This document shows positions 23,877-35,660 of a stretch of 64,000 nucleotides of DNA, in pieces. Source of the stretch: Felis catus (taxonomy: Eukaryota); NCBI RefSeq assembly GCF_018350175.1, contig NC_058368.1, positions 174,036,001-174,100,000 on the forward strand, in the 5' to 3' direction. Position 1 is the stretch's first letter, and every line of letters starts with the position of its first letter. The translations under genes and the position numbers were made by a program. The notes beneath the pieces were generated by a model. That model saw nothing but the letters and a program-made list of their open reading frames with translations. It was not told the origin of the DNA and ran no database searches.

Positions 23877-26800
23877 ATACTTAAGAGGGTCTCTTGACTT
23901 CCTGCTTGCCTTTGGAGGAGACCCCACACAGTGTTGCCACTTCCTGGAGCTTCTGAACCTGGAGCTGAGGATGTGCATGTGTGGAAATCCTGGCTCGCTG
24001 CCGGCACCGGCATGGGCGATCCAGAGAAGCCTTCTCCCTCCTTTCTTGAGGATGAGCTCCCAGGCACGCAAGCCTGGCAGTGGCCTTCCCTGGCAACCAC
24101 GCATGCCCACATCAGGTGGTGCCCACTCCCTTGCATCTCATTGTTTGCACCATATACAAATGATTGCTCCTTCTTATTTCTCTAGCTGAAGAATGTCTCC
24201 CTGGTATGTTGCATGTGTGCACTGAATTCTGGGACTGCTCCCTCCCTACCACAGCCTCCTAAGTGTATCACATGCATTGCCCCATTTAGGTGTGATACAC
24301 TCATCCCCCTCCCATCCAGTGGGTCACACACACCTCCCACCCCAGGTACATCACGTAAACATCTCTTCCCTGCTAGAGCACACCCCACACATATTTTGTA
24401 CCCCCTCTCCCTTCACCTGAGTGTGTTGCACACAACATCTTTACTGGGCCACACACTAGCTTCTTTCCACAGGTCTGCATCGGGAATGACAGTCATCATG
24501 TCTCTCTGGACCTGAAGTTGATCACCTGGCAGTGGTTGGAGCCAGGTATGCCCCATGCCGAAATTCTCCCCTGCTCCTGCCTCCAGGAAGACCTCTAGTT
24601 CTGCTCAGGGGTAGGCCTGAGGATTCTGGAAGAGTCTGGGACGTTTGCCAGACTCATCCAGCCAGCCTGGAGGGTACTCTCCTATGGGAAAAATCCAGAG
24701 CCCGCTGGCGGTGCAGAAGGGCTGTGGAGACCACCAGGGACATTCTCTGAGGGGCTGGTGTCCCTCAGGTCCACCTGGGATGTCTTGCATGGCTGTGTTC
24801 CCCTGCTCATCTGAAGCTCCCTGGGCCTCAGTCTCTGCTGCCCATCTGTCATTTTCTGTGCTCTGGCACCACCTTTGAGATCCGTGGGTCCCTGTCAAGG
24901 GGGAGACGTTTTCAAACACTTGGGATCCACATCTGTGTCTGGCTGGGGCTCACACACAGGGTCTGGGGAAGCCTGGGGCCCCTTGACTGCGCCCTGCCTC
25001 TCTCTGTCCCAGGACCCCAGGGCTCTAGAGAATGACCATCCTGCCCAGGATTAGAGACACAGACAAGCAGACAATAGGGGTGCGAGGTGGCTCCCCGTCA
25101 CAGACACAGGCACAGACACAGGCCCCTTGGTGGGGCAGGACACAAGGGCACAGGGGAGGGGGAGGGGGCGGGGGAGAAGGGCAAGTCCAGGGAGCTAGAG
25201 CTGCTGGAGCCCTGCTCCCTAGAGAAGGGACAGACCAGGGGATTTTTCTAGTTCCCTAAACATATGGATTGTTTTGTCTCATCTTTAAAGTATTGCAGTC
25301 TAACTGATATGGCTTTAACTATTGGAAACGGACAGAGAAGACACATGTCTGTCTCTGAAATAAAAGCATAAATCCACTAAAATGGAAAACCTGCAGAATG
25401 CAAACTGGGGTCAATGAGGCAGGAGCTTCGGGGGCAGGCAAGTCGCCCCCTCCCTGGGCCCTGCTTTTGGGGTAGGCCCCGATGAGGGCCCAGCATGGCT
25501 TCTTGGGGCACTGCCAGGGTCAGTCCCAGTGGACTTCTGAGGACCTCAGGCAGGAACCCTCTAAGGGCGGGAGGACTCTAGGCCAAGGACAAGGTCTCCT
25601 GTTGGATGTGGCCACCTACGGCCAATGGTTTGGAGGCCAAGAAGGGGGTATGTTACCTATGTTCTTTCTCCCGAAGCACACATTCTGCACACAAGTGCCT
25701 ATTCAGAGCCACACATGCACACAACACTCTCAGCACATCTGACAGTCTCTCAGACACACACTGTACAACTTCTAACACATACCCATTGCTGCAGACACTC
25801 CTGCTATTTTGAAAACACATGCAGATACAGGCTAACACATGCAAACTTGACCACCCATATAAGATGGCTAGAAAACAGATATGACACAATTTCAATTCAT
25901 ACATACCCCCTCAAACAAACACACATACACAAGGCTGCCTAACATATACAATCTCTAACACAAGGGTATGATTAACATACACATACAGTCTCAACACACA
26001 CACACTGACAATGCACCCATATGTACAATCTTTGGACGCACAATTGCTGATGCAGTCTCTGCCACATACACGCATGTGTGCATGCACACACACTTTCCTC
26101 TCTCATTTGCTCCAAGGCCCCCTGGTTCTCACACAACTGACTGAGCAGGAGGCCTTGACAGTTTGGGGTGGAGGGAACAAATGCCATTTTCACACATCCC
26201 AGAGGAGAGTTTGTTCTTGGCCAATGAGATGAATGGACAGATGCCTTCTGTCAAGTGGGAACTGGCTTCTCCCCAAAGGCTTGGGGCTTTGGCCAGGAAG
26301 GGTCCTCCTGGGGACCATGGGGCCCTGGAAGCACATGAACAGGATGGGTTGGGGAAGTGGGGTGGATAGGAATGGGGGCAGCTTGGCTGTACCAATGGTG
26401 AGGTCCCATGGCATGGGCCATCGCTGCCCAATGGCTCCAAGTGTTTTCTGGGGGGCCTGGGAAGCCCCTTGGCTGGGCAAACTGGGCCCAGCCTGGCAGT
26501 GGGGCCCCAGGACCCAAGCAGAGAGGGGGGAGACAAGGGGCTGCTCTACCCTGGGGCCTCTCCACAGATGAGTTAAAGTCCAAAGAGGATCCATTTGGAG
26601 GGACTGGCTTGGCAGGGGCCATGCCTCTTCAGGTGGGGGTTGGGAGAGGAGTGCTCCTGGGCTGGGTGTCATCTCAGGGGGAGGGAAGAAGGAGAGCCCC
26701 AGCCTCCTGCCCAGACCTAGGCCTGGCCAGAATACAACAGGGCCTCTCAGGCTGGGCCCTCACAGGGCAGGCTTACCCTGACTCCCTTCCTTAGAACCAG

Positions 26801-27015
26801 GCCACTCAGTGCCCCTACCCTGACCTAGAGGCCCACTGTGGGTCAGAGGCCAAAGGTCGGCATGCTGGGCAGGGCTGGAATGTGTCATTACTTTGGCTGG
26901 CTGGGGACAATGGTCCTCCTGGCAGTGGGGTGCATGAAGGAATGTATGGGGGTTACCACACTAGCATAGACCTTAGGCTTCTGGAGGGGGCCCTCAGTGC
27001 CTCTGGCACTGGATT

Positions 27016-27034
27016 CAACGCCCCCTGCTGGGGG
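27016..27034 (-). promoter_or_regulatory. CTCF-like motif in the proximal 3' UTR
   Basis: Minus strand CCCCCAGCAGGGGGCGTTG contains the core CCAGCAGGGGGCG. Confidence 0.5.
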
Positions 27035-27263
27035 AAGCTGTCTTCCCTTTTTCAAGCAACTGGGAAGTGAGGTGGGGGCTGAATACCCTGGGATGAAGGG
27101 GGTGTGAGGGAGTGCTGAGGGGGAGGAGTCCTGGCCAGGGAAGGGGGGCAGAGGTCAACTGAGGTTTTCCCCTTCAGAACTGAGACTTAACTGAATGAAA
27201 AGAAAGAACCAAAAAAAAAAAAAAAAAGTAACAAGTGGAGTGGGAACAGGGCAGGAGGGCCGG

Positions 27264-27461
27264 TTACTTCTTGAACATGTCCTGCAGTGGCCCGGGGAGG
27301 TATTTGAGCACCGTGTCCAGGATGCTCTCCTCCTCTTCCTCCTCCTCATCCCCGCAGCCTGCAGGGATAGCCTTCTTGGGCCGGGTCAGGCTTCCCTCGC
27401 AGGGCTGCTCCAGGGCTGCCTTCTCCTCTGCCTCCTTCTCTTCCTTCTTCTTCAGCCCGTA
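27264..27461 (-). CDS. CPLX2: Complexin-2, last coding exon (198 nt including TAA)
   Basis: Acceptor ccttcccag|TAC GGG CTG. Encodes [65 protein letters not shown]. Total 134 aa with no CAAX box, so not CPLX3/4; the MDF start indicates CPLX2 rather than CPLX1. Confidence 0.98.
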   Translation of the reverse strand, partial: YGLKKKEEKEAEEKAALEQPCEGSLTRPKKAIPAGCGDEEEEEEESILDTVLKYLPGPLQDMFKK

Positions 27462-28221
27462 CTGGGAAGGGGGGAGGGCAGACATGAACATGAATGGGGC
27501 AAGGAGAGAGCTGGATCTCAAGGTCAAGCTGGCTTATCCAGGGCCGCCACTCATGGAAACTCCCCAAGCCTTAGTCCTCTCATCTATAAAATAGGGATAA
27601 GGAGGCCTTCCTTATGGGATTGTACCTGTACTCGGCAGGTGTTCCAGAAAAGGGAGTCGGTGCATAGGGTTTCCTTTAAAATTAATACCTGCCCATAATA
27701 ACTTCTCTGCCCTTCTGACATCCCCCAAGATTTCACATCTGAAAGTCCTCCCATAGGTTTCGATGACAAAACTTGATCTGAGCTGATGGGAGGCTACTTC
27801 TAGCCTTGTTTTTTTGCAGAGGTGAGACTAGACATGTATGGAACTGCTTGGCATCAGGTGGCAGCTGCAGACCCATTGACAGTGACACGTAACAACAGGT
27901 GCTTAGGGCACTACGGTACTTTCCCCAAATTCCCAAATTCTGGATTGCAAACATTTGGTCTCCAGTCTTGGGCACAAGACTGCGGACCATAGCAGCAAAC
28001 ATTCGGGAGTGCTTATCGTGTGCATTATCTTACTTAATCGTATAACCCTTCTTTGAGGGAGGTATTCCTGTGACACTCCTTTCTCCCTATGAGGAAAAAC
28101 CTAGTGAGAGTTAGGTCTAAGGTGAGAGCAGGGATTCAGGGAAGCCTGAGGCCGGGGTTTGGGGGGACCGGCTTGACCTCAGTTCCTTACTCTTCCACGC
28201 GGACGGATGGGTGATGCTGAC

Positions 28222-28397
28222 CTTGTCTCGGATCTGCTGCCGGACCTTCTCACGCTCAGCCTCCATGCGCGCATGCTTGGCCTTACGCTCCTCCTCCTGC
28301 TGCCGCAGTGCTTCCTGTCGCTCCTCCTCCTTCTTCTGCGCGTCTGGGTCCTTCTCCTCCTCTCCCCCCAGCATCTTCCCCATATCCTTGGTGGCCC
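28222..28397 (-). CDS. CPLX2: Complexin-2, second coding exon (176 nt; accessory helix and start of the central SNARE-binding helix)
   Basis: Acceptor tttag|GG GCC ACC AAG and donor CGA GAC AAG|gtcagc. Encodes (G)[58 protein letters not shown]. 31+176=207 nt keeps the frame. Confidence 0.98.
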
Positions 28398-28533
28398 CTA
28401 AATCGGGTGGGGTGGGGAAGGAGAGGATGGGGTCAGGGGGGACCAGGGCTGGGGATAGAAGGACTTGGTGCTCTGCGGGCCCCACCCACCTGGATTGAGA
28501 CCCAGGTCGGGGAGGGAAGGGTGCGGGACTCAC

Positions 28534-28564
28534 CTCCAAGGGCCTGCTTCATGACGAAGTCCAT
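28534..28564 (-). CDS. CPLX2: Complexin-2, first coding segment ([10 protein letters not shown]+G, 31 nt); the exon including 5' UTR spans 28653-28534
   Basis: Minus strand reads ggcgtcATG GAC TTC GTC ATG AAG CAG GCC CTT GGA G|gtgagt, with a strong Kozak context (G at -3 and +4). Upstream acceptor is tttgcag|GTT at 28653. [11 protein letters not shown] is the complexin-2 N-terminus. Confidence 0.97.
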
Positions 28565-31500
28565 GACGCCGGCTCTAGTTAGCGTGCCTTAGCCCGCAGC
28601 CAAGGTTGCATGCAGGGCTCCTGACAAGGTCTGGCTCAGAGATATGTGTCAACCTGCAAAAGTGGAGTCAGGGATCAGATGGGAGAGGCCTCTGCACAGA
28701 CAGACAGCAGCCTCACCCTGGTTCGGGCCCCAGGCTGCATCAGCCCAGGCCAAGACCCAGTGCTCTGGCACTCAATGGAAAGGGGCTATTTCCTGAGTAC
28801 TTGCTGCGTGCCAGGCACATATGTGTGGCGAAATATCTTCTGCTTCCGATTTTAAAACCTCATCTTGCCCGTATGGCTTTAATTGGATTGAGTCCAGGAG
28901 TGCTAGAAAGAAGGGGGAGTTTGGAGTCAGGCAGAGCTGGCTTCTCATGCCACCCTCATTCCTTATTCACCATGTGACATTCAGCTAGTTCCTGAACCTC
29001 CTTAAGCCCCAGTTTCCTCCTCCACAAGATAGAATGGCAGTGCCTCTTTTCCCAGGGCTACTGTGGAGACTGGAGAAAAGTCCAGCCTGGGCCACTGGGC
29101 CAACCACTAGATGGAAAGAGCAGGGGATTAGGGCCCCAGCAAATCAGAGGCCAGTGAAAAACTGGGAACAGTCAGCTTGGATGAACATATCCAGACTTCT
29201 GAAATTAGGCAAATGGAGAAATAAGTTACTTTTATTTCAGGAAACATGTAAGTTTTGTGTTTTATAGCTTAATATTGATTTTTATTTTGAATTACACATG
29301 GGGGTTGGAGACATGATAATCTTCTTGGGGCTTAGGGCCTTTAAAGTACCGAGCACGGGCCTTGTAAGCACTCAGCTTGTGTTAGTCCTCCTCTTCTCTC
29401 TAAATTACCAACTTTCAATTTTTATTATATTTTTTATTCTTTCCTTTTTGGCCTCAGAACATTTCCTCCAAATAAAATCTTAATGAGAATCTCAGTATGC
29501 AAGATCCCAATGTTAGTGGGGCGGGGAGGGTAGAGAGCTTGGAGCTTCCCTCCATCCTTGACCTCCTTCTACCTCGTTCCCCCCACATCCTTGAGAATTT
29601 GAACCCTGATACTGTAACTCTGAGAGATTTCCTTTTTATTTTAACCATTCAGTTTCATCACTGGCTTTTCATAGACAAAGCCATCGCAAATCACTTTTTG
29701 GGTGTAGATGGGAACATCCCTGACCTATCTAAAGGGTGATGTGGTCACGTGGGGTGAGGCCTACTCCCCAAGGCCTTTCAGCCCACACAGCCTTGGGGGC
29801 TTTATGATTTGCTGGGAGACAAAAGGGAAATGGTGGCAGAGAAGCAGGCTGGATATCACAACCAGGTTGAGTTCAAGGTCACTGGCTGTTTGTTGATGAT
29901 TTTCTTCATTTCTTTCAAAATGAGAAGACATATCAGCAGACTGAGATCTTTCTATCAAATGGGGCCCGAGAGTTTATTTGAGGATTTCTACATGATCATA
30001 CCACCTGACAGGTTGTTTTGAGGAGAGCAAATCATGACGAAGTAGAAAAACATCCCCAGGGGCTTTGGCATCAGACACACCTGGTTAGAAGTCCGGGCTC
30101 CCTGGCTGTGGCCACCCTGGGGAAGTGTCAGTTTGCTCCAGGACAGCGAGGGAGTATTAAGCCTACCCTTGTACTGGTGTTTGAAGAAGAGGAGACACTG
30201 GTCAAGTGACTGGGTATGTAGCAGCTGCTCCTTAATGTTGGCCATTGCTGACTGCATATTTGTGAGGACGTGTCGGAGCAGGGTTTCCAGGAAATGTAAG
30301 AGAACCCACCCCGACCCAGAATTCTGAGTGTGAAGGCGGCTCCGCTCAGTCAATTAAGATGTTTTTGCTGGATTCAAAAACATTGTAAAGAAACTGCATT
30401 TCTAAGAAGAGGAAATGAACAATTTAATAATCAAATGATTTCAGGAACTATTGGGTTCCTCCTCTGTGTTTACATGCAGCTCAAGGAATTTGCAGGTGGT
30501 AGTAGAGACATGGGACTTTAATCTGAGATGCTTCAAATTGGTCCACAGGGCACCTGGGCTTTAGGTTCAGTCTCATCCCTAATTTGCTGCTCTGGCAAGT
30601 CTCTCTCCTGAACCAGATGATCTTCTGGGCCCTCTTCCCAGTGGTTCGGTTGGAGCAGTTTTGCAGCCTTTGAACTGCTGGCCACCCCCACTGTATCCTC
30701 AAATCCTTCTCCTGTCTTGGCTCTGTGACTCAGTTCTTTCCTCTCCCCCATGTCCTACTGCTCTCTTTCCTCTCCTAGTGCTCCTCGCCCTTCCCCCTCC
30801 CAGCTTTGCTGCCTCCTCTTGTTCTTCTCCGCTCTTCAATAAGAGTGTTCCCCAGGACTCGGACTTTAGCTCCCGTCTCTTTTTCCTCTCTAATGCTTCC
30901 CTAGGGCAACTCATCCTTTCTTGGGCTTTAATGATACCTAGACATCTTATGTGGGCTCTAGACCCCTGTAGTCATTTATCCAACAAATATTAATTGAGTA
31001 TCTCCTATGTACCAGGCAGCGTGTTAGGCACCGGGGATATACGAGTAAACAAAACAGACAAAACCCTGCCCTCATGCAGATTACATTCTGGAGTGTGTGT
31101 GTGTGGGGGGGGGTGGGCGGTGAGTGTGTGTGTGTGTGTGTGTGTGTGCACAGGGAAATAGACAACAAATAAATCAAGATATGCACTTGCCCTCCTCTTG
31201 GACACCTCCCTCTGGATGTCCCATGGCACCATTCAAAGTTAACATACCATCTTTCTATCACCACACCATCTCCTTCTCCAGACTCTTCTGTTTCTAAGCA
31301 TTCATTCAGCAAACATTGATTACGATCCCTCCCGGCCCCCCAATATGCAAAGTACATCTACTCATTTGAGGCCTGAGTCTTCTGGATACTTACATCCCTG
31401 TCATTCTAGGTGTCCCCTTACCCTTGTTGAGGCCTGCTGGGATTATTTAGCAGCTTCTTGGGTCCATCCCAAAGTCCTGCTGCTCACCCCCAACGTGGCT

Positions 31501-33293
31501 CTCTCAGCTATTAAGTAATTTATTGTTCACCCTGTTGAGGTTCTCCCAACCAATTTCTCAAGGCCCAGGGTCCTCCTACTCTGTCTCCTTCCACAGGTGC
31601 ATTGGAAGACTTGTGAGCCCTGGGTCAGGCATACCTGACTCCGATCCTGAACCTGCTACTTTTTAGCTGTGAGATAGTAAGTAATTGACTTAGCCTCTTT
31701 TCTTCATACAGTGAGGATTACGTGCCACTTTGAAAGGTTAGAAATAATGTGTTTAGCACATGGTGGCACTGGGGAGCTCAGTACATGGTGACTGCTATCA
31801 CTCTCAAAATGATTAATGCCAACTAGTATGAGATCCTGCCACTTTCCCTCCTAGCTTCTGAGGACGAGGTCCCCCTCCTTCCTGCTGAAGTTAATCTATC
31901 CACCGGTACTGCAGATCTTCTCTCCTTACACCTCCTACGTGATCTTTTCGTGCTCTCTCTTCCTCACATCCTCAGTCTCCTGGATAGGTCTCTTTATCCG
32001 CTTCCTTCTCCAACTCCTGCCCCTTTCCCTTAATCTCTGTCCTCTACCTTTGTGATGAAGGGGTGTCCATTTGGTGTCTCCACTTCTTCAGCTCCAGGTC
32101 AGCCCTGCAGCTCTGTGAGATCAGAGATCTGCTGCCTCTGCACTGCCACCGAAATTGCCCTCGTCGGAGTCGCCAGAGGCCTCCAGAATGCCAGATCCTG
32201 GAGTGTTTTCACTGCTCTGAAGCTCCTCCATCCATCCCTCTGTAGCATCAGATACTGGTGATGACTCTACTCTCTCCTCATCTCTCTATTTTTCAGCCCT
32301 CTTCTTGAATCTTTTGAATTCTAGGACGGCACTCCTGTGGTCTTCATCCTGCTTCTCAGACAAATCTTTCTCCCCTCTACTGACTTCTTTTCTTTAAAAT
32401 GTAGATGTTATCCAAGCAATCGCTCTCCCTCTTTCTCCTCCTACTGTCCCTTATTCCTCCACTGTCTCCCTTGGGAATCTCACCTAACCCTATTGATTTA
32501 TGCCCTTCTTTAGTCACAGACCACCCCCAGCCCCCAGACTCACACATTTAACTTTCTGCTGGATATTGCCACATGGGTAATCTCAAATTCAGTCTATCCA
32601 AAGATCGATCTTGTCCTCGCTTCCCTCACCCAACCACCTTTTCTTCCAGCATGTCTTGTTCCAATCGCCTCAACTGAAAACTCTAGAGTCAGTGACTTCT
32701 TCACTTACTCACTCACTCACTCCCAATATTCTTTGGGCATCTACTCTGCCAGGCACTGTTCTCGGTGCTGGGGCTGTGGCAGGGAATAAGGGAGTCACAT
32801 TTGTTCTCACAGCATTCAGTTAGCTGGGGAGGTAGACACCGGACAAAAGACCACACAAGGAATTGGTGAGTTAAAATTGGGATGGGATGCTAGCTAGAGA
32901 GGAGTCCAGAGACTGTAGCTTCATGATGCTTCCTGCATCTACACCCTCTTCTCCTACACTGCTAATGTCTTGGCTCAGGACTTCAAGGTTCTGGATTTGT
33001 GCATAACCTCTATGTCTGTCCCTCCCTCAGCTCTTACCCATCCTCCACATGACTGTCCAATTAATCTTCCTAAAGGGCAGATCTGCTCATCAAACACACC
33101 CTGCAATGGCTCCCCATGGTCTTGTTAAACTGGCCAGAGGGTCCTTGTGCTGACCTTCAAATCCTGTACAGTCTAGCACCTGCCTGCCTTGCCATTCATT
33201 TCTCATCTTTTGCATGTGGCTCTGCTTCTATTTGAAAACCACTGGGTATTTGTTCATTTTACAGCCTGGGAACCCCTTAACTTCATCTCTGTC

Positions 33294-33480
33294 GGTTCTA
33301 ATCCTGACTCCACTACTTACTAAGTGACCTTGAGCAAATGACTTAATCTTTTTTCATCTGTAAAATGGAGACAATACTGCCTATCCCCAAGACATGTTGT
33401 GAGCATTAAATGAGATAATGCAAATAAAGTGCTCAGCCTAGTGTTTGGCACATAGTAGGTGATAATACATATTACCTATC
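33294..33480 (+). mobile_element. MIR SINE (one of many MIR relics in the window)
   Basis: gtgaccttgagcaaatgacttaa...catctgtaaaatggagacaata...attaaatgagataatgca...ggcacatagtagg is the MIR core. Confidence 0.8.
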
Positions 33481-34008
33481 ATCACTATCATGGTTATCAT
33501 CACCACTGTTATCATCATCAGCAGCAGCAATATTAATTTTCAAAGAGCCCTCTCAAACATCACTGCCTTTATGAAATATCCTGGATCTCCTGGGTGAGAT
33601 GTGATGGTGTCTTCTTCTTCTGAGACCCAGGGTACTTTTCTACTGCAGCCTTGCCTGCCTCCAGCTCATGTGCTCTGTCCAGCTGTGTGTGTTTCCTTTC
33701 CAGATCGCTCTGAGCTCCCTTTAGGGGAGGGCTTGTATCTTGTTCATTTCCCTTATTCCAGAGTCCACAATATCTCTTGGTTCATGGTAGAGCCTCATGA
33801 CGTATTTGCTAGGTTGAATTTAATGTTGTGTGTCAGCGAGTATGTGAGAGTCTACGCGTTCAGAGTATGATCCTGCATGTCTAACTCTGAACTTAGGCAT
33901 CGTGTGAGCCTGCGTGAGCGTGTGTGCAGGCGTGTGTGTAGATATTTTGCCATATGCCTGTAGGAGTGCTGAGGTCGGGCAGGTTGCATGCAGTTGAGGA
34001 TTTTGGCC

Positions 34009-34027
34009 AGACCGCCAGGAGGCGCTC
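34009..34027 (+). promoter_or_regulatory. CTCF-like motif
   Basis: AGACCGCCAGGAGGCGCTC versus consensus TGGCCACCAGGGGGCGCTA; located at the edge of the CpG island. Confidence 0.55.
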
Positions 34028-34073
34028 CTCAGCGGTTCTGCGGGAAACCTTGGTCTATCCCCGCGCGGGAAGG

Positions 34074-34118
34074 GTGGTGGTGGTGGTGGTGGTGGTGGTT
34101 GTGGGGTGGGGGTGGTGA
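34074..34118. repeat. (GGT)n trinucleotide repeat in intron 1
   Basis: Read directly. Confidence 0.85.
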
Positions 34119-35323
34119 TGCTGGGCTGGGGGAGGGGAGACAAAAAAGGGGAGAGGGAGGGCTGCCGCCGCAGCACGTTGCCGTGCCTTTAGCGCGCCCA
34201 GGACCTAGGACCCATCTTCAGCTTTCCCTCCTCGACTTTCTCCAGCCTGTCCCAACCCGAAGGCAGCGGAGGCACCTCCTCAGGCTTGGCCGTCTGAGCC
34301 CCAACCGGTTTTCGGGACTGGGCCCCGCCATCCGACAAGCAGATTCGGGCACCTGCAGTGTTTGTCCTTGTGGCTGTTTTTCTGTTCTTATGGCTCAAGT
34401 CCAGCCTATATTCACCGCAACTCAATCCAACACTCATTTGCTTTTCGCAGGGGACCCTACGCTAATGGCGATGGCAGAGACAGAGGATGCCCCTTACTTC
34501 CCCCTCCACTCCCCCCCCCCCCCATACGCCCCTGGAAAAGAGAAGCACTGGGGGAGGGGAAGGGGCAGTGGAGGATGGGAGGGGATAGGGAATCGGCTCC
34601 CTCAGAAAAGCGGAAGTGGCAGGGACTTAGCGTTCCCTCGGCAGAAGAGGACAGGAATCTAGGCGTCCCTCTCCGGCTCCCCTGCGGAGACGAGCCAGCA
34701 GCTCTGCCCTGGAGCTCTCGGTTGGCCGCTGAGAGCGCCCCTCCCCCAACACACAAAGCTTCAACCCCAAGACCCAGCCAGGTATCAAACTTTGATGGGG
34801 GAGGGGGCAGAGTGGGGCCTGCGAAGGCCTTAGAAGGGACGGTAACTAATTACCCCAGGCAGAGAACGTGCTCTGGCCAAACCTTGGCTCCTCCTCCTCT
34901 GAGGACAAATAGTCCCTTTGGCCCCTCACCTTCAGTTGACGTTTTAAGCTTTCTTCCCCTCCACCTTCGGCCTCTCCGCCCCCCTCCTGGCGCCCTCTGA
35001 CTCACTCCAGGAGCCTGAACCCCTTCGGGGGCGGCTCCCTCCTCCGGGGCGAAGAGGGCTCTGGAGGGTTCCGGGTGAACCACAACCTGATCGACTCCCC
35101 CCCCGCCCCCCCAATCCCCACCCCCGCGAGCTCGAAGTTGTTCTCTAGGTTCAGACTTGAGTCTCCCGCCGCCCTCGGGGCGGTCCTGGCTCTCCGGGAG
35201 CAGGGCTGTTTTGGGCTTCTGCCCGGAGGTCTCCGACTCGGGGCCCACTCCTCCTTCCCAGTTTGCCCAGGTTTAACTCTCTTCCCTCCGCTTGCTCGCT
35301 CCACCCTCGCGGGGAGCTGTCCT

Positions 35324-35344
35324 TTCAGCACCACGGCGAGCGCG
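35324..35344 (+). promoter_or_regulatory. RE1/NRSE (REST-binding) element
   Basis: TTCAGCACCACGGCGAGCGCG matches the consensus TTCAGCACCACGGACAGCGCC at 18/21 positions, about 200 bp into intron 1 of a neuronal gene. Confidence 0.7.
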
Positions 35345-35528
35345 CCCAGGAGGGTCCCAGCTGCTGCCGCTCAACCTCCCTTTCCGGCGCCTGGCCAGTC
35401 TTGGGGAGCTGTCCCCTCGAAAGCCGTACTCCCCAGCTTCCCAGGCTGCCCTGCAGCCTCACGGCGAGAGCCGGGACCCTGTTGCCCACAGCCCGGCTCC
35501 GCCCTCCCGGCCCGTGGTCAGCACCGAC

Positions 35529-35660
35529 CTGGCGGTCCACGAAACCGTCTGAGCCACTGCAGGGCTCCGGGTGTACTCAGCGAGGCGGTTCCTTCTGCTA
35601 TTCCAGCTCCCGCCGCCGCCTCGTGCAACTCCACCAGGCGAGCTGGGGCCGCGGCTGCCG
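35529..35660 (-). other. CPLX2: Probable non-coding first exon of CPLX2 (5' end approximate)
   Basis: Lies in the CpG island about 6.9 kb upstream of the ATG exon and ends in the donor CCGCCAG|gtcggt (35529/35528). No ATG inside it. An alternative donor, CC|gtgagg, is at 35463/35462. Confidence 0.65.

Larger units (their letters stand above)
23150..27263 (-). other. CPLX2: Probable long 3' UTR of CPLX2 (~4.1 kb)
   Basis: About 4 kb of transposon-poor unique sequence after the stop codon, ending at a UGUA...AACAAA...GU-rich cleavage-site architecture near 23150. Mammalian CPLX2 is known to have a multi-kb 3' UTR. Confidence 0.6.

Noticed and set aside
25358..25363. AATAAA hexamer in the 3' UTR region
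   Set aside because: It is on the plus strand, antisense to CPLX2, so it cannot be the gene's poly(A) signal.
28117..28539. 140-aa ORF containing complexin sequence with novel ends
   Set aside because: It is the second coding exon read through the flanking introns; canonical splice sites explain the true protein.
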